Virus record (IMG/VR): IMGVR_UViG_3300032006_000004
DNA: 64,000 nt
DNA from: an uncultured virus (IMG/VR IMGVR_UViG_3300032006_000004)
Lineage: Duplodnaviria; Heunggongvirae; Uroviricota; Caudoviricetes
Strand: one strand, 5' to 3'
The notes beneath the pieces are model-generated. The model saw only the letters and a program-made list of their open reading frames with translations, ran no database searches and had not been told where the DNA came from. This document shows, piece after piece, positions 39,186-47,800 of this stretch. A program made the position numbers and the translations under genes. Each line of letters opens with the position of its first letter. The stretch's first letter is position 1.

Positions 39186-39487
39186 TGCCTATTCAGATTC
39201 AATTCCGCCGAGGAACCCATGCCCAGTGGACGGCTGCTGACCCCGTTTTAGCTGACGGCGAAATGGCAATCCAAACTGACGCTGGTGGCGGTCAACCAGC
39301 CATGACCTTAAAGATAGGTGATGGTACTACGGCTTGGAGTTCGCTGGCTTACGGCGGACTTGTAGGCCCGACTGGACCGACAGGTCCTCACGGAACTTCC
39401 GTCAATAACCTTGACGGTGGCGAAGCGGCAACTAACTATGGAGGCATCGGAGCTACGGCTACTGGTGGAAACGCACAAGGAATATAA
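39185..39487 (+). CDS. Mtd_N/collagen tail protein
   Basis: IQFRRGT.AQW..ADPVLA.GE, KIGDG..AW. Confidence 0.8.
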   Translation: MPIQIQFRRGTHAQWTAADPVLADGEMAIQTDAGGGQPAMTLKIGDGTTAWSSLAYGGLVGPTGPTGPHGTSVNNLDGGEAATNYGGIGATATGGNAQGI

Positions 39488-39515
39488 ATGGCTGTACAGA
39501 TACAACTTCGACGAG
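39291..39515 (+). repeat. Near-identical direct repeat, copy 2
   Basis: Offset of 39290 from window start. Confidence 0.95.
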
Positions 39516-39967
39516 ATACCAGCACGAACTGGACCTCTGCTAACCCTACGCTCGCTCTTGGTGAGCTTGGGTTAGAAACTGATGGATACAAATATAAGAT
39601 TGGTGACGGCGCTACTGCGTGGACTTCTTTAAGTTACGCAGAGCTAGCTGGTACCGACATATTCACGATTAACGAGCAGACAGGTACCGCTTACACATTG
39701 GTTGGTGCGGACTCTGGCAAGCTTATTAAGATGACGAACGCTGCGGCGAACACTTTAACGGTGCCGCCAAGTTCAAGCGTCAACTTTGATATTGGAACAA
39801 CAATCAATGTTGTCCAATATGGTGCAGGTCAAACAACTATTGCCGCTGGCGCTGGTGTAACCATCTACTCGTACAACAGTGCGTTATCTATCACAGGTCA
39901 GTACGGTCAAGCTGTTCTTACCAAGTGTGACACTGATCTTTGGATTGCGGCAGGGCTTCTGAGCTAA
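39488..39967 (+). CDS. Mtd_N-domain tail fibre protein (homologue of 198..677)
   Basis: Same length (159 aa), highly similar. Confidence 0.8.
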   Translation: MAVQIQLRRDTSTNWTSANPTLALGELGLETDGYKYKIGDGATAWTSLSYAELAGTDIFTINEQTGTAYTLVGADSGKLIKMTNAAANTLTVPPSSSVNFDIGTTINVVQYGAGQTTIAAGAGVTIYSYNSALSITGQYGQAVLTKCDTDLWIAAGLLS

Positions 39968-40542
39968 TGGCTGGTGTAACGACTGCTTCTAGGGCTAGTT
40001 GGGGGGTTATTGCTTCTTCGGAAGCAATGAACCCATCGAAGATCGGTGGCTATTTGCTGTATGACAACGGCGCATCAGGAAACTTTACTATAAGTAGTAT
40101 TCCTACGACTGATTACCGAGATATTGAAGTGATCTGGTACATGGGGAATCAAAGCACATGGGTAACTAACCACAACTTTGGTTTCAATAGCGACTCTGGC
40201 AATATGATGAGCCAATATTTTTATTGGGGTTGGTCGACAGGTTCTAGCCCTGGCTATCAAGCAAACCAACAGGCATATGTCTATCCTTGTGCGTACTCTA
40301 GCTATGGGTTCACTGGCCGCCTATACATATCCAATTACTCTTCTAATAGCAACACTAAAGCTTTCACTTATGATTGGCATTATGCTATTGGCAGTGCAAC
40401 TAGTTATGCGACAACAGGCACAGGTGCTGGAACGTATCGTTCAACTACCCCAATAACAAGTATACAGTTTAGTCAACCTTACGCCAATGGAAGTAGCAGC
40501 TATCAGGGTTGGTTGATTACTGGAAGGAACCCTAAAGACTAA
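39967..40542 (+). CDS. Putative tail/receptor-binding protein (B cassette gene 1)
   Basis: Only the N-terminal MAG.TTA.R and C-terminal GSSSYQ are shared with 677..1255. Confidence 0.6.
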   Translation: MAGVTTASRASWGVIASSEAMNPSKIGGYLLYDNGASGNFTISSIPTTDYRDIEVIWYMGNQSTWVTNHNFGFNSDSGNMMSQYFYWGWSTGSSPGYQANQQAYVYPCAYSSYGFTGRLYISNYSSNSNTKAFTYDWHYAIGSATSYATTGTGAGTYRSTTPITSIQFSQPYANGSSSYQGWLITGRNPKD

Positions 40543-41237
40543 TGACGCTTACACAATCCTTCCATAGGCTCGCTCATGTTGAAACTGCTGATTCGACTAG
40601 CCAGTACATAGAGCTTTCAGGTCTGAGTACGAACTACGCTCAGTTGTATTTCACATTTACGGGTTATCTTGACTGGTCAGGCACTAACTATGGTGCTGGT
40701 CAGCGTACTTGGAATGGGCCTACGCTTCAATTCCAAGGAGCGTGGCCTGGGGGAGCAAACGCTAGTGCAGCTTCATACAGGTGCTACGGGGTCATAGGTA
40801 AAGATTCGACTAACTCAACGTATTCATATCTTGGTGACATGATTAATAGTTCGAGTTATACGGTTAGCCCAAACTGGGCGAACATGGGTAACTTGTTTTA
40901 TCCGAGTGGCACGTTTTATGCAGACAGAAACCGTTTCACCATTGAAATGTGGGTTCTGCAACCAAGAGATAACCAAGTCAAGACTGTGATGTGGTACGGC
41001 GGTCAAGGCCCACCTGATACGGGAAGCTACAATGGTACGCCGTTAATGCAAGGGGCCGCTCACTTGTGTGGACAGACTTCTACGTCTGCCCCTACAGCGA
41101 TGGGACCGTTTGACAGTATCCGCATAGGTGCTGGTTGTGACACTGCTGGTGGCGCTCAAAAATTTGGAACTTTGTCTAGTTTCACTGCTTATGGCATGGG
41201 GAACTCATCTACCGTGAATACGGGAAATGCGGGATAA
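40542..41237 (+). CDS. Putative tail/receptor-binding protein (B cassette gene 2)
   Basis: Shares the short GAW.GG.NASA and F.SIR motifs with 1258..1917. Confidence 0.6.
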   Translation: MTLTQSFHRLAHVETADSTSQYIELSGLSTNYAQLYFTFTGYLDWSGTNYGAGQRTWNGPTLQFQGAWPGGANASAASYRCYGVIGKDSTNSTYSYLGDMINSSSYTVSPNWANMGNLFYPSGTFYADRNRFTIEMWVLQPRDNQVKTVMWYGGQGPPDTGSYNGTPLMQGAAHLCGQTSTSAPTAMGPFDSIRIGAGCDTAGGAQKFGTLSSFTAYGMGNSSTVNTGNAG

Positions 41238-41239
41238 AC

Positions 41240-41962
41240 ATGGCACAACAAAACATGGCCTTAATCGGGCATCAACAAATCAACAGTTGGTCAACAAGTT
41301 TTGGCATAAGCAACTTGACTAGTGTCCAAATTTTTAATGATGAGGGGCAACATGTCGCTAATACAAGTTACGGTGATTTTCCTGGGTACAGGATTGTGGG
41401 GAAACTGTATTTTGACACAACAGTCTCACAGTTTTCGGGATCTCACATAAACTTTTATGCGTATTCAACTGGCAACTATGACCAATACGCCACGTACAGC
41501 ACTGCAAGTAGCACAACCTATTCAAATACGATACAGCAAACTGGTACCTATGGGGGTGGCAACGGCTACTCCTATATCCAGATTGGCGAAGGGATGTACC
41601 CGTCAAAGTACAACGGTAGTGGTCAATACAACTGGGGAAGTGACGTTACCGACGTAGACGGGAACACGGTTGCTTCAGATTCGCCACGGCGTGGTGTTTG
41701 GACCAACTTTGTTATCGACGCTTACTACCAAAACACTAACAAAATGCCTTCCTTTAAGATAAAAACGGCTGCCGCTACAAACGGGTTCTCCACTTCGACT
41801 ACTGATACCTCTGAACAGTATTCAGGGCGCTACTACAACGGTGGCGGCGGTTCAAACAACTATTACAACTTAGACGGTATTTATATAACAACTGGGTATC
41901 AGTGTCGAGGTGAATGGTTCTGCTATCGCATGGGTAGGGAAAACTGGGTTGGAGGAAGCTAG
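41240..41962 (+). CDS. Putative tail/receptor-binding protein (B cassette gene 3)
   Basis: Tyr/Ser/Gly/Thr-rich; positional equivalent of 1920..2576. Confidence 0.6.
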   Translation: MAQQNMALIGHQQINSWSTSFGISNLTSVQIFNDEGQHVANTSYGDFPGYRIVGKLYFDTTVSQFSGSHINFYAYSTGNYDQYATYSTASSTTYSNTIQQTGTYGGGNGYSYIQIGEGMYPSKYNGSGQYNWGSDVTDVDGNTVASDSPRRGVWTNFVIDAYYQNTNKMPSFKIKTAAATNGFSTSTTDTSEQYSGRYYNGGGGSNNYYNLDGIYITTGYQCRGEWFCYRMGRENWVGGS

Positions 41963-41970
41963 GAGCGAAT

Positions 41971-42219
41971 ATGCCAACTATTACTATTTATGATTGCGCG
42001 ACAGGTGAAACAACTGTTCGCGAAATGACAGAAGAAGAAAATGCTATTCGCATTGAGGCGGAGCATAACGCTGAAGAAGAAATGAAAGCCAGAGAGAAAG
42101 AACGAGTAGACGCCCAAAATGGTCGTCAAAAACTTCTTGATCTTGGGTTAAGCGAAGATGAGGTTACGGCTCTTGTGGGGCCTGCGCCTGTTGCGCCAGA
42201 GCCAGCACCAGCGGTATGA
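41971..42219 (+). CDS. Small tail-fibre-associated protein
   Basis: TGE.T.REMT.EE, KL..LGLS.DE. Confidence 0.6.
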   Translation: MPTITIYDCATGETTVREMTEEENAIRIEAEHNAEEEMKAREKERVDAQNGRQKLLDLGLSEDEVTALVGPAPVAPEPAPAV

Positions 42220-42374
42220 GCGCTGACGTAGGTATCGAAGAAGTTATTGCTTCTTTGAGTGAGCGTGGGAAGCTGGAATGGGAAATTGCTTTGATGCGAG
42301 TTCACATTGCCCAGCTTGAAGCGGCTCAATGTTCGTGTGACTGCGATAAATGTGGGACGGAAAGTACTGAATAG
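42216..42374 (+). CDS. Conserved 52-aa CSCDCDKC protein (not in ORF track)
   Basis: Homologue of 2813..2968. Confidence 0.8.
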   Translation: MSADVGIEEVIASLSERGKLEWEIALMRVHIAQLEAAQCSCDCDKCGTESTE

Positions 42375-42386
42375 TAGGAGGCCACG

Positions 42387-43490
42387 GTGGGAATTAGACT
42401 TGTTGATCCGCATATAGCTAATAGAACGAGGGCTCGCAAGAACCGTAATCTTTCTAATTCATCTTATACTGTTCCTAACCTTGATGGTCGTACTGGGGTT
42501 ATGGGTGCGACTAAGCGTGGGGCTAATGTTGTTGATGCTGGGGAGCGTGATGCTCCCAAGTTCCCGCCTGCGTTTACAGGCAAAGGTGCCAATAGTAGTG
42601 CTGCTTTGGGTAGTCTTGAGGGTTTGACGGGCCAGTATGGTGGGAATACTGGTTCCGCTTCTCGACGTGCAGAGAATAAGGCTGCGATAGCTCAGTTGAT
42701 TGCTGATAATAAAGCAAAGAATGCTTTGGGTGACCATATGCGCCAGAATCCCTGGGCATATGGCGATAAGTATCGCACAAGTTCTACCCCTGGTTTAGAT
42801 GCTGCTATAGATTTTGGTGTCGCTCAGCGTACTCCTACTAGTCTTGGGCAGGGTGGCCCTTCGATGACTGATTTGGAGTCTTACGCTTTCGATAACCCTG
42901 TTGCTACTGGTAGTGCTACTAGCGACACTGGTGGCGACGACACCACTGGGGGTAGTGTCTTAGACGCCATAGAAGCCGACTTGATGTCTGGTGGGCGCCA
43001 GTTCGGTGATATGAGAACTTTGCAGAATGCGTTAGTGCAGCTTCGTGGTTCTTTGAATGCGAATGAGTTGCAGCGTTCTCGCAGATTAGAAGATTTTGCT
43101 TTGATGATTGATAGATATCGACGCCAAGCGGATCGTATGCGTCGCCAGATTCCTGGTGGTTTTAATCGTCGCGGGATGTTAAATAGCGGCCAGTTTGATC
43201 GCGGTATGGGCGAGTTCGAGAGTCAAGTTATTCGTGACGAGTTAGAACAGCGTCATAAGTTACAACGTGCGCTGCAGGATCTTGGCTTCTCTGATCGTGC
43301 TGCAGGGCATACTTTCGATGAGACTATCCGTGAGAATGCCATTTCTGATGCTTTAGCTTCAGCAGCGAAAGCATCTGCTATCTCTATTCCTGGGCTAGAC
43401 GGTGGCTTTACACCTGTGGGTGACAACATGATGAATAAATATGGGGATGCTTATATGAACTCTTTAATTCAAAGCATGTTTAAGGATTAG
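42387..43490 (+). CDS. Putative internal virion protein 1
   Basis: GGAGG RBS; positional homologue of 2983..3663. Confidence 0.5.
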   Translation: MGIRLVDPHIANRTRARKNRNLSNSSYTVPNLDGRTGVMGATKRGANVVDAGERDAPKFPPAFTGKGANSSAALGSLEGLTGQYGGNTGSASRRAENKAAIAQLIADNKAKNALGDHMRQNPWAYGDKYRTSSTPGLDAAIDFGVAQRTPTSLGQGGPSMTDLESYAFDNPVATGSATSDTGGDDTTGGSVLDAIEADLMSGGRQFGDMRTLQNALVQLRGSLNANELQRSRRLEDFALMIDRYRRQADRMRRQIPGGFNRRGMLNSGQFDRGMGEFESQVIRDELEQRHKLQRALQDLGFSDRAAGHTFDETIRENAISDALASAAKASAISIPGLDGGFTPVGDNMMNKYGDAYMNSLIQSMFKD

Positions 43491-43498
43491 GGACTGAT

Positions 43499-44866
43499 AT
43501 GAGTAACGGACAACCAAAAACTATTCCAGATTCAGCTTTATCGCCAGAAGAACAAAAAGAGCTTGCTGCTTTTAGAGAACTAACAGGCAATACTGATCCG
43601 TTGTCTTTGAAAGGCACACTAGGTTTTAATGACGGGGGCGGTGCCGTAGGCAATCTTTGGTCTGATCTAGGTGATGGTTTGCAAGGGCTAATGGATGCCC
43701 CGCAAGCGGCTTTAGATGATTTAGACCAATTTTTGTTTGGGGATTACCCAGAACGAACTGGTCCTCCTAGGGGGCCGCATGGTCCTGGGAGAGATGAGTT
43801 AGCTAAAGCTGAGCAGAATCTAAGGATACAAGGATACAAAGAAGGCGCTGATGGCCCGTTTATGGGTCCTTGGGGCTCAGGGCAATTCAAGTCTGGGCAT
43901 GGTTCTAGCACTGCGGTTAATCCCGAATGGCAAGAACCAGGTTTCTATTTATCTGAGGATAATGTTCGGGGTCGTTTTGATGATTTGCTTGCTCTTTACG
44001 ATCAGTTACATAGTTCTGATTCAGAAGCAGCAAAAAGTTATTTTGACACAATCCAGGCTTACATAGGGGATTCTGGTACTCGGGGCGCTAACCAAATTCA
44101 ATCCGACACTGATGTTATCAATCGTCAACTTGACGATATGTGGGAAAATAGTTTTGGAGTCGATGGCCGAGAAGCTAAGAATGATCTCCGATTTGAGGCA
44201 GAGTTTCAAAATGCTATACAAGGCATGGAAGATACCCAGGAAGCTGCAGATGCTCGTTTAGGAACTTGGGGTATTGATCCGCAACGGTGGACTGCTGGTG
44301 CTGGGGCCGAAACTGCTGCGTTGTTGACTTCGCAGGCAATGAATGGTGCTCGTTTCGCTAATGAAATGGGTGCCATTATGAAAATGGCTCACGGGATGGC
44401 TAATGCTCGCGTGAATCAAGGTATGGCCGCCGAGGCTCGTAATCTTGCTAACACGGTTTCTCAATTAGGGTTACAAGCGCAGCTTCAGTACAAGTCAAAT
44501 ATTCAGCAAATTGATCGAGAGTTGCTGATGAATAAGATTGGTGTTGAGCAAGCAAGTATGGCTTTGAATGCTGCGGAAGAAGCAGCTTTGGATAAAAGTT
44601 TGGCTGCTATGCAGGCTTACCAAATTTTGGGAGCGATGACAAATACTTCTTCAAAGCAGTGGATGGCTGCGGACCAAGTTGGGATTACAGATGACTTGTT
44701 TGCGCGGACACCTTTGATTCCGTCTTTGCCTGACACTGATCGGCCTTTGGGTGCCACAGCTATTCATCCAGAAGGATTCGAATATCCTTTCCCAGTTAGT
44801 TATAAGGATATAGGGGAACTAAATCAAATTATTGAAACTTATTTGCAGATGGACAGAAACGCCTAG
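43499..44866 (+). CDS. Putative internal virion protein 2
   Basis: Shares GI.P..F/T...ET.ALL with 3663..4922. Confidence 0.5.
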   Translation: MSNGQPKTIPDSALSPEEQKELAAFRELTGNTDPLSLKGTLGFNDGGGAVGNLWSDLGDGLQGLMDAPQAALDDLDQFLFGDYPERTGPPRGPHGPGRDELAKAEQNLRIQGYKEGADGPFMGPWGSGQFKSGHGSSTAVNPEWQEPGFYLSEDNVRGRFDDLLALYDQLHSSDSEAAKSYFDTIQAYIGDSGTRGANQIQSDTDVINRQLDDMWENSFGVDGREAKNDLRFEAEFQNAIQGMEDTQEAADARLGTWGIDPQRWTAGAGAETAALLTSQAMNGARFANEMGAIMKMAHGMANARVNQGMAAEARNLANTVSQLGLQAQLQYKSNIQQIDRELLMNKIGVEQASMALNAAEEAALDKSLAAMQAYQILGAMTNTSSKQWMAADQVGITDDLFARTPLIPSLPDTDRPLGATAIHPEGFEYPFPVSYKDIGELNQIIETYLQMDRNA

Positions 44867-44872
44867 GAAGCT

Positions 44873-47800
44873 ATGGCCGACAGAAAAGATATATTGGCCG
44901 CACTTAAATCTGCGCCTGGTTTAGATCTATCTCCTGATTCTGGGCATATAGATTTAAGTCCAGATACTCCTATGTTGGGAACGCATGATCCCACTAATCC
45001 GTGGGGTCTAGAATTAAATCTGCCAACCCCTCGCCCTGTTGGGGGCGATGGGTTTTTGGGTCCCCTTGGTCAAGTTATTGACATTATAGATACGCCTAGA
45101 GCCGCAATTATGTCTACTGTCAAAGAGGTTACGGACCTTGTGCAGGGTGAAGGTTTTTCTGGGAAAGACTGGTGGAACCAAACTTCTGATAATTATATGT
45201 TTGGTGACCTTTTGCAAGATGAAGGCTGGGGGACTGGCACTGGCTGGGATATAGCTCTTGGTTTGCCTATCGACATTTTGTTGGATCCTGTTACTTATGC
45301 TTTGTCTCCTTTGAAGGCTGCAGGGATGCTTGCCCGTGGCACGATTGGGGCCAAGGGTGTTGCTGTAAAGATGCAGAATGTAGCGAAGGCTTCAAGCAAA
45401 GCTGCTTATGCTGCAGATAAAGCTGGAGATGCGGCGGGTGCTGCGAAACATGCTGCTAAAGCGGATGAATATAATGCTGCTGCCGCTGCTGTTGTGAAAA
45501 ATAATGCTATTCAAGCTGCTCCTAAAAAGATTCTTGAAGAGATGGGCTTTGATGTAGCAAAGGGTATGACGTTTAGTGTGCCTTTGACAGGTCGTGTTGG
45601 ACGTAAAGTCGTTGAACGTCCTTTGGATCGAGTGTTGGGTGGTTTGCTTTCTAAGGTTTTAGATCCGAGGCGGATCAAGCAGCTTCCTAAGTTTATGATT
45701 GATGATGCAGGTTTCGATCTTTGGAGCAATACTGCTAAGGCGCAGAAGAATCGTGACCTTGTTCAGAAAGCTATGTATCGTCTTAAGCGGGGCGAAAACA
45801 TAGACAATCTGGCAGATGCGGCAACCATGAAGAGTGTTCGCCAAGCCGCAAAGATGGCTAATCAAATGGCTGTTGATGTCCCTGGGGTTCTTATTCCTGG
45901 GACTTATGGTTTAGCTACTAAGGTTGCTTTGGGCCCTGGCAGGTTGTGGGGAACCGCTATGGTTCGTACTCCTTTCATGGACGATATGCACAAAGCTTTT
46001 GCTTCTGGTGAAAGCGGTGCTGTAAAACGCATGATGCGTGGTACGGGTTTGCGAGCTAAAAATCTTACAGATGAGGACAGGCTTGTTGGTCTGGCTATGT
46101 GGGATAATTTGCAAACAGCTTTAACTGCTGAAAGAACTTTTGGTGTTCAGTTTGGTGAACGGGTTGCTGGTTTACGTCAAACGATAGACGAGATTAATGA
46201 AAGTCTTGTTGCTGCTGGTAGAGATGAGATCACCCCTGAGGATATGATGCGTTGGGGCCAGATCGACGATGCTGCCAATATGACTCCTGAGGCACGTCGA
46301 TTAGCTGGGCTTGAAGAGGTATTTGGTCCAGGGCAAGGTGAAGTTCTTCCTTCTAAGTGGGAAGCGCAAATTAAGATTAAAGAATTTTGGGAAGGTGTCA
46401 GGAAAGATTTCAATGCGGCTTTAGCCCGAGAAGGCGAAGAGGGTTTTGGAAGCATCGATGAAATGCTTGACGATTTCTATGTTGCCCGTTTCATAGATTT
46501 AGAAACGGAAATAGGAAAAAAGATTGTAGACAAAGGACGCTGGACTCCGCCTGCAGATGCACGACATACTCAAGGTTTGCGAGGTAGTCCAACTAAGTTG
46601 CGTGAGTATAAGCCAGGAGAAACTTTCTTAGGGAAGCTTTTGGTTTCACCTGCTGAGCATCCGCAAGGTTTAAGCATTGTGGATCAGATGCGAGTTATTG
46701 GTAAAGATGTCGTGGGTCCAGAGTTCAGGTCCATGTACTCTGAACAATTTTGGGATGTGGCTGATCGTTACGGGAAGGTAATGAAGTCACGGGCTCGCCA
46801 TCAACGCTGGATTAATGAGCTAGAAAATTCTGCAATTCTTCAAAGAGGAACGATGCAGGCGGATGGCATTGCTTTTAAGTATGACACCGATGTCGTTAAT
46901 CAATTAGAAGATCTAATTAAGGCCATCAATAAAGAACGCGGAAAATTTCAAAAAGATATTCTTAGTTCTAATGAGGATATAGAGAAGCTTCGAGAGACTG
47001 CTGTTGCTTCTTTAGATCAGGTAGATGAGGTTTCTCAAGCTGCTGGGGCTGTCCTTGTACGCTTGAATAACCAGTTGACTGATGTCCAAACTGTTCTTAA
47101 CGAGTTTGAAGAAATAGCTGGTGTAGCTGGATTTAGCCCTAAAGCTAAACAGTATCTATTGGATCTTCTTGACGGCAAAATGGCGACAAGAAGCTCCAAG
47201 GAAGCTGCTTTAGAAGCTGAAATTCTTGAAGAGATTGTTGAGTTTATTGAGCCTTTAGCCCAGAAGCTTGCAAAGTTGCGCCAAGCGCAGAATCAGTTGC
47301 AAGAAACTATTGGGATGGCCCACAGGGAAGGCGTCCAAGTTGGTGCTACTCCTCGGAATGTTGCTTGGGATGACATGCTTGAAGTCCCAACTAAAGACCG
47401 TGGATATGCTACTGATCTTCAGAATTTCTTAACAAAGCTAGACGCTGAGATTACAGACTTAGAAAAGTTCATGCGTTATGTCACTGGGAATTTACATACC
47501 AGTGCTTTGGCCGATGAGACTGTCGAAATGATGGAAACATTAGTCAAGTTAAGTGATGATATTAAGGATCCAAAATTTCCATTAGTTATTAGCGGAGAAA
47601 CTGCAGCAGAAGGGGTACTTCGTCCTAAGAGGAGACTTTCCCCTGAGCGTATGCGTCAGCTTCGTCAGCCTCGTGGGACTGCGGAACCGCAGTTAGTTCA
47701 ACGTCGCGAGGGAGGAAAATTTGCTGAAGGAAAAGAGATTAAATCTCGTGCTGCTTACAATTATGAAGAAACTATCGAGTCTCCTAATTTTCAAAAAATA

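Larger units (their letters stand above)
1..39290. mobile_element. Phage A: apparently complete, circularly permuted ~39.3 kb podovirus-like genome
   Basis: One full set of packaging, head, tail, lysis and replication genes; sequence at position 1 recurs at 39291. Confidence 0.8.
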